A stretch of 64,000 nucleotides of DNA. Source: the human T2T-CHM13v2.0 reference genome, Homo sapiens. A program made the position numbers and the translations under genes. Below, piece by piece: positions 29,511 to 41,455 of this stretch (the stretch's first letter is position 1; each line of letters begins with the position of its first letter). The notes beneath the pieces were generated by a model, which worked only from the letters and a program-made list of their open reading frames with translations, did no database searches and had not been told where the DNA came from. The stretch lies in assembly GCF_009914755.1 (NCBI RefSeq), contig NC_060929.1. The stretch is one strand, 5' to 3'.

Positions 29511-30782
29511 TGACCAACGAAGCAACACCTTGAGTGGAGTATTTGCAAATGAAATATGTCTGACATATTATCTCAGCCAGTGGCATTTATAAGGTCTGTG
29601 ATTTAAATGAGCCACGCTGTTCCTTAATTCCTCTTGAAGTGGGAAATTGGAAATGATGGCATTCTCATCTTTCTTGAGAAGGTCCTCAGTTTATCCATAT
29701 TGTAAAATGAACTCAACAATACCAATCTGTTTCCACCAAGGGGTGAAGCAAGGTTGTGTGAAATGAGAGTTCATCACATACTTTGAGATCCTGGACTGAA
29801 AAAAACATCTGAAGCTCTAAAGTGCAATTAGCACTTCCCTCTTTCTTTTCTTTTTTTCTTTTTGGCATAAAGTTTGAAAAAGTTACTTTAAAACGTTCTG
29901 TTAAATTGATTTTCAGGATCGTGAATGCTGAAAGATTGACAGCTCTGGGAAGAGCGCCATCTCTCAAGTGTGCATTTTACAAGGAGCAGTGAGTTGAGAT
30001 TTCCCCGCTATGAGGCCTCTGCTGAGGTGACGTGCCCAGCACTCAGCGCAGGAGGGAAGCGTTTCTGTGACTTCTGTAGCTTTTGCTCTATTCACCATTG
30101 ATTCCAAGTTACTGTGACTTCACAGACATCTTCATGAATGTGAACTGAGTCACCTCCAACTTGTGCCGTCTGGGTCACTGAATGTGGTAACAAGGGAGAA
30201 CTGGGAAGCAGGTCCAACTTACCTTCAACCTCAGCTGTCTGACTCAGGCAGAGATTGACTGCAAACACCAGAAACATAAACATAGCCCAGCTGGCAAAAG
30301 TAAAGGAGAAAGTGGAGTTTTATTGCAATTGGCCATCGTATGTTTACACAGGAAGCAAAGTACAGCTGAAGCCCTAAGAGAAATCTAGGAAATGAAGGGC
30401 CTCTCTTTGTTTTTCAAACGTCCCCAGGTCTCTCTCATTATTGCTTTTCTCGGCTCCAACTCTCCTTTGCTTGTACACAGTCTGAATGGTCGCCTCAGCC
30501 TCACTCAGCTTCTACTTTCTCAGCCTCTACAAATCCCCTCAGACATCTAACTGATGAGGCTCTGTGTGTTTCTTGGTTTACATGAAAAAAATTCAGAGAG
30601 AGAGAGAGAGAGAAAGAGAGAGTGTGTAAGTACAGCTGATGGCTTGGTGAACCTATAGAATGGACTTCCTGGTCATTCCTAGTGTAATCCAGAGATGATC
30701 ACAGCTATGTGGGTAGGAGCAGGGTAGAAGGAGATGGCGGCAGATAGGCAGGACTTGGCATTACTAGTCCATTCTTCAGTTG

Positions 30783-31381
30783 ATGGATGGCTTTGTAATA
30801 TAGCAACTGATTAGACTGAACTGCATGTCCCAGGATTCCAGAATCCCTTTCCTGATGTGTTCCCATTAGGGTAGGCTGCAGAAAGTTTCTTTTCATAAGA
30901 TCTGGAGACTGGAGCTGAAGCAGTAGCCATTTTGTAGCTTCCACACACTGTCAGTTGTCTGTAGGCTCACCTCTTTGGCATGAGGCAGCAGCTAGGCAGG
31001 TCTGCATAGCTTCTCCAACTTTTGGGCTATGTGTGTGCCTATCTCCAAGATGAAGGGCTCTGGCCTCTGTAGGAAAAGCAGACCATCAAGGTCAGAGGCA
31101 GTGAGCACTGACATAGGTTCCAGTGCATCCTTGTGAGCATCAGCTTATGCAGTGGCTTTCAGCTTCTTGCTCTCCTTTACTTTACATCCATCTTCCCTTT
31201 CCCCGGCCTGCCTTGCAGGCCCTAAGCTCCAGTATAAGATGGGAAGACAACAGCCTTGAGAAACTGCTTAACCAGTGCCACAATTAAGTAAAGTCAAATC
31301 CCTGTAAGAAATCCTTTCATATGCTTGTATACATATCCCTTCTAGTAGTTCTGCCTCTCTGATTGAGTCCTGACAGATACA
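30783..31381 (+). mobile_element. ERVL LTR, MLT2E/F-like
   Basis: 5' tggctttgtaat...gactgaactgcatgtcccag...ccctttcctg and 3' aaatccctgtaagaaatcc...tagttctgcctctctgattgagtcctgacagataca. Confidence 0.75.
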
Positions 31382-33541
31382 GTAGATCCTCAGCTCCTCA
31401 CCTTGCTGACAGAGTGATTCCTTACTTGCTAGCAAGATGGTAAGTGATTCTGTCTTCTTTTTGGTATCCAGATCCTCTGCTCAAACCTGTATTCTTTGGG
31501 TGGAAATTTCTTGTATTTTTGGTCTTCTTTGGATTACCCTCTACCTATAGGTACAGTAAATTAATTCACGCGAAGGTGTTAGCAGCTAGAAGACCATTGA
31601 GTGATTAGGGACAACCCCCCAAATGTCCTCCTAGCCTGCCTTTATCTCCTACTGCTCCTCTCTTTGCTCATGACAGTGCAGCTATGATTATCTTCTTCCA
31701 GAGTCTTGAATATGCCAATATGATTTCATATTTGCCACTTCTTCATGTACTGTTCCCTCTACCTGGAATGTTCCTCCTCTGCCTCATCACATGTCTTCTG
31801 TCTTCACTTTATCTTTAAGTCTTATTCAAAATGTACCTTTCTTGAAGGGGCCTTCCCAAATAACCACATATTACATTGAACCTGTGGAAGCATGAAAGTT
31901 ATTTGGAACATTGTCTTAAAAAGGAGCTAGAGGCTGTATTTGGGTTTGAAAGGAGAGTGTGCGGTGATTGATTAGCAATGTCTGCCATGGGTGTAGGATA
32001 TAGAGCTGTGGGATTGTTTCTGTGTATTTTTTCTCTTCGGCTTAAAGGATCTTGCATTAACTAAAACCCCAAATTCTAGTGTTGCTGCTGACTTGCTATA
32101 TGATCTTCACTTATTCATGTGACCAGTGCCTAACCTACCTCACCAACAAGTCCCCACAGTTAGGTCATAGATCATCAGCACATGCAGGTAGTGGTGGGTG
32201 GGTGGGTGGGAGTGGAGGAGGGTGTCCAAAAGATAAATGTGAATATTCAATGACATTTGAAGTTCTTAAGGAAGCAAGACAGTTTTAGTGCCTTATGTTT
32301 AGAAATTAAAAAGAAAACAAAAGAAAAATCCACATGGAAATGACTCCTGGTTGCCCATTTTCTGAGGGAACTAAAAGGAAGGAGGAAAGAAAGGGGATAT
32401 CTCACAGTGCTGGTTGTGCAGTTACTAACCAGCACTGTGAACTTTCAGCAAGTCCATCAACCTCTCAGGACATTGGTTTTCTGATCCGTAGCAGACATAT
32501 TGCACTTACTCTAAGAGTCAGTCAAACTTTCTATAATAAAAATGTTGGCAAGATGGAGAGATTCTGAAAGTGGTGAAATTAAAGGATAGGAAAGAGATTC
32601 TCTGGGGAAAATAGTGGACTTACTGGCTGCTGATGCAGGACTGCAGCATTGCTTTAGGGAAGGGGGGAGTCTTCAAATATCTTTCCCCTGATGTCTCTCA
32701 CCAGTTTTGATCTGTGACTTCAAATTAGTGTGTGAATGACAAGACACTACAAAGAAACATTAGGTGTTTCTGCAGGCATCCTTTGTGTGTCCAGGGGAGG
32801 AGAGAGGGCAGAGCTGGGGATCGGCGTTAGTCCAGAGAGATACCACTGCCTGCCAACTGCCCCTTGGGGAGCTCAGCAGTAAGCTGGGGAGTTACATGAC
32901 TCCAGGCCAGTCTGATCAATAAAGGGCATCCTTACTATAGCAACACAGCACAGTGGCGGGGCTGCCGTTGATCACGTGCCCCCTTCCCCCGACGCTGTGG
33001 AGTTTGGAGCAGGCAATTAGAACTTGGAGGCAGCTTCCCTCAAAGGTTGAAGAGCTGACAGATGAGCAAAGAGCTTTCCTGCTCCTCCATCCCAGTGTAG
33101 CCATGGAAAGCTTTTAGCTTACTCAACTTTGGTATTAGCCATTGTTGGGTTATATTAGAAAAATCACCGAAGTGGCTTGGGAATGAGGCTTAGCATGGAG
33201 AAGTCACCAAAAGAAGAGAATTCTTTTAAATAATAGCAATAACAATAATCATAGTTAACTTTTATTGTCTGCGTGACTATTTGATTAATGTCTCCCCCTC
33301 TAGCCTGGAGTTTCCAGTAGTGAAGAGAAGACAAGTATTTTCACACTCTTTTATATCCACTGTCTTGTGGCCATTCCATATTTACTGAATGAAAGAGTCA
33401 ACTGTTAATTGTGAGTTAGGCACCATTGGCATAGATCCTCTTGTTCAGTCCTGACAATAATCCTCTAAGGCAAAGACTGTTATTACCCCCATTTGATTGA
33501 CAGAGAAAAAAGAGGCAGCAAGGGTTTTATAGTTATTAAAG

Positions 33542-33748
33542 CAGGGTTTCTTAACTCTGGCAACACTGTCATTTTCGGTCAGACAATTGTTGTGGGGGGC
33601 TGTCCTGTGCATTGTAGAATGTTTAGCAGCACCCGTTGCCTCTATTCACTTGAAGCCAGCAGCACAGCTTCCCCTCCCCATTTGTGACAGCAAGAAATGT
33701 CTCTAGATGTTGCCAAATGTCCCCTTGAGGGAGAAATAACCCCCACTT
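33542..33748 (-). mobile_element. MER20
   Basis: cagggtttcttaac...gggctgtcctgtgcattgtagaatgtttagcagca...aaatgtctctagatgttgccaaatgtcccct. Confidence 0.85.
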
Positions 33749-34280
33749 TTTAGTAGGAAAGATGGCACGTCTTGCCTGCCCTTCACCGTGTGCATGAATG
33801 GTGATATGTGCTACATTTATTTTAGGTGATGTGTTGCTCTGGTGCAGCTTAAGTGGGGGTCTTTTGTTAGGCTGCTTGAGTGTGTTTTTGTGTGTGTGAG
33901 CAGGGGATACTCAGCCAGGAGGCATATCATGTTTGGGCTCTGGGCTCATGGCACATCAGTGATAAACTGGGCAGGTCCCTCAGCCTGAAACCTGGAAGAA
34001 GGGAGAAGACTCCAGGGAGTTTGGGAGGTTCCTTCTGAGAATCAAATTAGGTCTGAGAGAAAATTGTATTGTCTGTCCTGGAATGATTTTTGAAGGCAGT
34101 CTAATATATGTAAACAGCAAAGACTTAGGAGACTTTTAGACTCTGATGTGAATGCTTGTGCACAGGTCATTTAATTCCTCTGAACCTGTTTCACATCTGT
34201 AAAGTCAGGGAACCTGGGAAGACTGACTTCAGTGATGGTCAGTTCTGTGGCACCCAGGCTGACAACGGCTCCTACATTGA

Positions 34281-34308
<28 letters not shown>
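34281..34308. repeat. (GT)14 microsatellite
   Basis: Perfect GT dinucleotide run read directly. Confidence 0.95.
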
Positions 34309-34314
<6 letters not shown>

Positions 34315-35554
34315 AAGGGATAGGCCAAGCCAAAGTTTCCCCAGGGACGACATCCTTATCTCTGCTCCTGTCCTCATAATTGTAACCTGCATTGGGCATT
34401 TTCTGTGTGCCAGACACTGTTCTAAGAGTTTCATATGTATTAATTCACTTAATCCTCATAATCCCTGACAAACACAGCCCTCTCCAAATGCCCAGCCAGC
34501 TAATCACAGAACTGGATTTCAATATATTTCCTTCATTGACATTGTTTAGAGAGCTAGTGGAAATTCTTATTATCAATGAATTCCAAAAAATAAAACCAAA
34601 AAACACATGATTTTAATTTCGATCTGCTGTATATAGAATTTTGGGATCCATGATTTTTTTTATTTCATATAATATAGGAAGAGTGTTTCATAATTATTCT
34701 TAAAGCAATTTGGGACCTCCTTGCTGATGGTAGAAGCAAAATAACTTCATGTGGTTTCCCCCACAATACAATACATACTGCATAATTTTCCTATTTGGAA
34801 GAATGATGTTTTCCAGATGCAATCATATATAAACCTAATTATCAAATGTCCAGCAGGGCATAATTTAAATTAATTTATTCTACTTTTTTAAAAAATGCAT
34901 GTCTTCCATACTGAGATATTTTATTTATACTTTAGAAAACTATAGAATTTGAATTTTTAACTATTATGCTTAATTCCTCAAAGGAAGATAATTGCTTTCT
35001 GAAAATTCTTTTTTTTTTCTGTAGCAAATATCCTGTTCATTTTGTGATTTTGTTGAAGTAGTTCTACTCTTTGGGTTTGGAAGTCCAATAGTCCAGGTAA
35101 GACAGTTGGGTTAAGTCTTCCACTTGTCAGCATAAGCTTATAGTGTACATAGACTTATATTTTAATATATTCTCTTCTACCAGCTTGTTTAAAGCAATTG
35201 TTTACAAACTTTTTGATGTCACATCACTATCAACAAAACATTTTCTAGCATGTATCCCTAATGTGTGTACAGTTATTTATAAATTATATACATTCTTGTT
35301 GTGTATTAATATCAGTAAAGTTGTGCTTGTTTCCTTTTAAAAAACTAAAACGAAGATAACTACACAGTGTAATGTTTCCACATCCATGAGTCATTGTCAC
35401 ACATCCCATTTGAGAGTCCACTGTGACAGGAAAGAGTTGCATAGTCTATTTTCTTATTTAATAATGGGAGATATTATCCATCCTGCTTATCTCACAGAGT
35501 TGAAAGAGCATCAAATGGAATAATAGTGATTATTAGAACTGTAATTAATAGAAC

Positions 35555-36040
35555 TGTATCAGTTAGCTATGGCTGTGTAACAAACCACTCCAAAATCAAG
35601 TGGCTTAAGGAAATAATTTATTAGCTTGTGATTCTGTGGTTCAGCAATTTGGATTGGGCTCTGCTGAGTGGTTCTGTTGTTGGTTTTAGCTCAGCTCATC
35701 TTTTGGTGACACATCAGCTGGTGGCTAAGGAAGGGCTAGATAAGGTAAGATGGCCTCATTCACCTATCTGGGGCTTGGTATTGGCTATTAGATGGGACCC
35801 CCTCTTCATGTGGTTCTTGTCCTCAAGTTGGCAGGGTTGGGCTTTTTCACATGGTCATTAGAGTACTCTGAGAAGATGAGAGCAGAAATGGCAAAGCCTC
35901 TTAAGGCCTAAACTTAGAACTGGTATGTCTATGTGTCTGTCACTTTTGTCACATTTTGCTGGTTAAAGGAAGTCACAAGTCCAGTTCAAATTCAAGGGTT
36001 GAAGAGAAAGACTTAGTTTTTTGATGGAAGTTGCAGAGTG
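35555..36040 (-). mobile_element. MaLR LTR (MLT1F/G/H-like)
   Basis: tgtatcagttagctatggctgtgtaacaaaccactccaaaatc.agtggcttaa...aagtcacaagtccagttcaaattcaaggg. Confidence 0.75.
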
Positions 36041-36408
36041 CTTGAAATTGGGTTATTTTAATGATTCTTAAAAATAAACCTAAGAGTTTAGTACTATTGA
36101 CGTGTTCATTTTATAGACAGGAAAACTGAAGTGCAGAGAGGTTGGATCATGGCCTTATCAGTACATGGTGCTATTATTCTCTCTATTTAACAGTTGTGAA
36201 AACTGAGGCTTAGACCCAACTGGCACATTCAGCATCACAAAAGAAATAAATAGTGGAATGGTAAAGCAACCCCAATCTTCTTCCTGCAAGAGCCTGGCAG
36301 TTGCAAAAAGTAATTAGTTAGCTGGCAGCAAAAGTAATTAGTTAGCTGAGTATTTTTGTCTAACAGCTTCAATCTGTAAAGCACTTATTTGGAGGTCATA
36401 TCCTCATG

Positions 36409-36600
<192 letters not shown>

Positions 36601-37806
36601 TAAATATAGACCCTTGTTTTCTAAACATTTTGAATCATGCTTCCTATACATAAAAATAAAAATTCTGAACACAAACCCCCAATCTATATGTATTTATATA
36701 TAAATTATAATCTTATTATTGTTCCTTATTTTATTCATTGGTATAGCTTGATTTTCTTCTTATTTTTATAGACAAAATAAATAGAAGTAGAAAAGAACAT
36801 AACTGTCTTCCTTCATTAAAGCAAATTGTCTTGCACTTCTCCTGGAGTACGTACTCCCTATTTTGGAGATTGCTAGAATAGAATAAGGCCCATTCATTAG
36901 CATGGCAACAACTATGTCTGAGATAGCAGAGAGCAGACCACCCCTCAGGGACTCTGCAGTAGCTATTTCAGATCAAATTGAAAGCCCAACAATACCTGCA
37001 TTAACTTCAGTTAGCACCGAGCTACCAAGGAAAGGAATGCATGTAGATTTTATTTGACGAAACTTCATGACCCAGCACTTAGGAACGATGTTGTTTTGGA
37101 TAAGTTTACTTAATTTCTGCATGCCTTGATCTGTAATCTGTAAAATAAGGGATATTAACATAAACCACAGCACCGAATTGGGAGAATTACATAAATAAAT
37201 GCTAAAATAATGCCTGGCACATTGAAAGTGCTAATGGATGTTGGCTGTTGTTATATGTCATTTCCGAATGATTGACTATGATTCTCTAGAATGTCATGCT
37301 AGATTCTGAGACCAGGTCTGTGCTCAGAAGCCAACAGTCCCCTGATTGATTTGCAGTGCCTATTATGGACATGGACTAGGGTTGAGATGGTATGTACCGA
37401 GCATCTTCTATGAAAAGAGAAATTCTTCTTCCTATTTCCCTGGTATAAACAATTCATTTGGGTCATTGCCTGTTTTTCTGCCAATGGACTGTGTGTGAAG
37501 ATGGCTGGGTCATCATGGGGGAGATGTCCTTAATAGTTTGGTTGTATCTCTGGGTTGAAAGCCTTCATGTAGTGGAATTATCATGAGTTTTCAACTGTGC
37601 CCCACTATAAGTTTAATTCTTCTTTGATTCACACTGTTAGAAAATTTAAAGCCATAAATTATCATCTAGTTAAACCTTTTCCTTGACAGACGGTGAAACT
37701 GAGGCCCATGGACATTTTTTAATATAATTATTTATGCCTCACATACTCCCCAAAGACCTGAAGAAGACTGTAATAGAAAATATAGAGTGAATATATGGAT
37801 ACAATT

Positions 37807-38100
37807 ATTTTTTTTTTTCGTGAGACAGACTCTCGCTCTGTCACCCAGGCTGGAGTGCAATGGCGAGATCTTGGCTCACTGCAACCATGCCTCCCAGGTT
37901 CAAACAATTCTGCTGCCTCAGCCTCCTGAGTAGCTGGGACTACAGGTGTATGCCACCATGCCCGGCTAATTTTTGTATTTTTAGTAGGGACAGGGTTTCG
38001 CCATGTTGGCCAGGCTGGTCCTGAACTCCTGATCTCGTGATCCATCTGCCTTGGCCTCACAAAGTTTTGGGATTACAGGCGTGAGCCACTGCGACCAGCC
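37807..38100 (-). mobile_element. AluS (Sg-like)
   Basis: Antisense Alu. TSD tatggatacaatt at 37794-37806 and 38101-38113. Confidence 0.94.
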
Positions 38101-38899
38101 TATGGATACAATTTTTTAGAGGAAGATGAAAAGAGGAATGAGTCAGAAAACAGACTGAGGAAAGCTACTGCAATTGGGCATAATATAGGCTCCAAGCTTG
38201 TGAGCAGCCAGGACAAAAGGATAATGTGTCTGCACAGCTTTTTTTAATCCAATAAAATATAACAGGAGACACAAACTTTTTATTCCCTAAATTTGAACTT
38301 AGGGAAGAATTTGCCTTGCAGTTTTTTTCTTAATATCAGAAGCATCATGTCTTAATTGCTGTGGTTATTATGAGAAATTCTACATATAGCTTTTTTAATG
38401 TCAATCCTCCATGAAAGAGAATTATGCAGAGAGCACTATTATAAGTCATGTTCTTAAAAGGCAATCTTAGATCCTTGTGGTGTTTAATAGCAGGCCACAT
38501 ATATGTCAGGGGTAAAACTTTCTGATGATCAGATATGATATGGGAATAAAGGCAGAAAATGTTTCAGGGGTGAAGAGTGAACATACCTCTTAAACTATTC
38601 CTCTACTGTATTGCTTATAACTGGAGTGGTGTGTTAGATAGCTAAGAATTGACGTTAATAGCTACTACCTAAAATGTGGGTATCCTATATTATTGATTGA
38701 AATAAAGCCATATGTCTGAGAAAGGGAACATGAATACAGCAGAATATATTTTATTATGAAAATTAAAGACCTGATTTTTGTCTTACTAAATGACTTTCCC
38801 TCATAAACACTACCCCCACCACACACATATAAGAAGGTAAAATACCTACAAGGCCAGTACTTTCCTAACATATTGCATTGCATTACTGATACAAGTTTG

Positions 38900-41455
38900 G
38901 GGGACCAAAGCTTGGCTATTTGTATGGTCTGAAAAACCCCAAGTTAAGAATATACTATAAAATGATCTGTGTATGCTACTGTCCCATGCATTTGACAAAA
39001 GCAAATGCTAATCATTTCTGAATAAATGTACCATGACTTAGACCTGAAAGAGTAACCACAGATAAAAATTTTAAAGAATGCAATGTCCCACTCAAAATCA
39101 CTAAACACATAAGGAAACAAGGTATTATGAATGAGTTGGGAGGAACAATAAGCGGCAGAAAAAGACCCCCAAAGACTTCAGATATTGGAACTACCATATA
39201 CAGAAAATGAAATCAGAATATAAAATGTTTAAAAAAAGAGTAAATAAAAACATTAATGATAAATAAGAGACTGTAAAACTCTTGAGTAGATTTGAAAAAT
39301 AAAGCAAATAAAACTTCTTGAAAAATATAATTATTGAAATAAAAAACTTAATAGATGGGTGAAATTGCAGATTAGATACAATTAAAAAGAGAATTAGTAG
39401 ACTGGAGGATGAACCTGAAGATACATAGAATGCAGCACAGAGAAACAAAGAAATGGAAATGTTAAGAAAAATTGAAGATAGAGTAAGAAAGTTTAACCTG
39501 TATCTAAAAAAAGTTCCAGAAGAAGAGAATGAGAGAGAATGTAATATTGGAGGAGATAATGACTGAAAATTCTCTAGAATTAATGAAAGACATGAATTCT
39601 CAGATTAAAAATGCATGATGAACAGAATAAATAAAAATAAATTTATGACCAAGCATGCAGTGGCAAAACTTCAAAATATCATCACAAAGGGATTCTAAAG
39701 CAAACAGGAAAGAAGCCTCTGATTATCTATAAATGAGAGATAATTAAATGAAGATTGACTTTTTATAGAAACAATGGAGGCCAGAATGATTTCTTCAAAG
39801 AGTGAAAGGAAATACTCGTCAACCTAGAATTATGTATCCAATGAAACTGTCTTTCAAGAATGGATGGCTGGGTGTGGAGGCTCACACCTGTAATCCCAGC
39901 ACTTTGGGAGGCTGAGACGGGTGGATCACCTGAGGCCAGGAGCTCATGACCAGCCTGGCCAACATGGCAAAACCCCATCTCTACTAAAAACACAAAAATC
40001 AGCCAGGCGTGGTGTCATGTGCCTGTAATGCCAGCTACTCAGGAGGCTGAGGTAGGAGAATAGCTTTAACCTGGTAGGTAGGTAGAGGTGTGGAGGTTGC
40101 GGTGAACCAAGATTGTGCCGTTGCACTTCAGCCTGGGCAAAAGAGCAAGACTCTGTCTAAAAAAAAAAAAAAAAAAAAAAAAAAATGAAATAAAGAATCT
40201 TGCTGACAAGCAAAAACAAAGCATTCACAAGCTATCTACAATTCTTAACAAATATTTTCTAAAAGATGAACTTCAGAAGGAAAAAGAAAATCTCAGAAAA
40301 AAAAGAATGAAAGAACACAAGCAGTTTGAAAAATACAAGAAAGGAGAAAAAGGAAATCCACATATATAAAAACAGGACAAATTAAAAACACAAACTAAGG
40401 TAGCAATAAATCCAAATATAATTGTAGTAATTTGATCATAAAGTGGACTAAATGTTCTAGTTAAAATACAAATGTTTTCAGACGATTAAAGAAAAACAGC
40501 ACTAAAAGCAAAGCAAAACCCAGATTACTTTGTTTAAACGAGACTAATCTAAAATAGAAGGACATAGAAAGGTTGGAAATATTAGGATAGGAAAAGATAT
40601 ACCAGACAACCAAAAGAAAGCTTGTGTAGCTGTGTTAATATCAGACAAAAACAGGGCTTAAAGATTACTGATAATAAAGAGCATTGCAATTGAGATGAAA
40701 ATGTCCCGATTCATCAGGGAAAGATAATATTCTTAAGTTTGTATGCATCCAGTAAAATAATTTCAATATATATATGGTAAAAATGGTCAGAATTACACAT
40801 AGAAAGTAACAAGTAAACATCACAAAGGGAAATTTAATAAAACTTCTCTCAAAAACTTATAGATCAAACAGACAAAATAGTAAGAATACAGAATATTTGA
40901 ATAACATGACTAATAACATTAATGTAAGTATCGCATACAGTACTGTCACCTATCAATTAAGAATACTCATTTTTTTGAGGATACATGTAACATGAAAATT
41001 GACTCTTTACTGAGTCATAAAGCATGTTTCAATGAATTTAAAAGAACCAACATCCAGAAAAAAAAATCTGGATCATATAGATACTAATTCATACAGACCT
41101 TATTCTCTTACCATAGAAAGATATAAAATGAACCTTATCTTCAAAGCACTTTACATATAGAAAGTAAAAAAAATAATTAGAAATAACTCATAGGTCAGAA
41201 AGGTAAATTATAGTGGAAATTAGCAAATTCTTGGACTTGAACAATAACAAAAGCACTACATAAAAATAAATTTGTGTGCTATAAGAAAGGTGTTACCAGA
41301 GGAAAATTCAAATTTTCTACTATATTTATTTATAATAGAAAAGGAAAAAGGCCAAAAATTCATAAGCATAGCATCTAATTTAAGTTAGAAAAACAATAAC
41401 AGAAAAACATAAAGAAAATAGAAGCAAGAAACTATTAAAGCTAATAAAGGCATTT
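38900..41455 (+). mobile_element. Ancient L1M fragment spanning ORF1 and the ORF2 endonuclease region
   Basis: A-rich, with decayed ORF1 motifs EIKNLIDG*NCRLDTIKKRISRLED (about 39336) and QPRIMYPMKLSFKN (about 39820), and endonuclease motif KACVAVLISDK (about 40617). Boundaries approximate. Confidence 0.8.
39866..40185 (+). mobile_element. AluS (Sx-like) inserted in the old L1M
   Basis: Full Alu dimer with long poly(A) and a small ggta expansion in the right arm. Confidence 0.93.
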
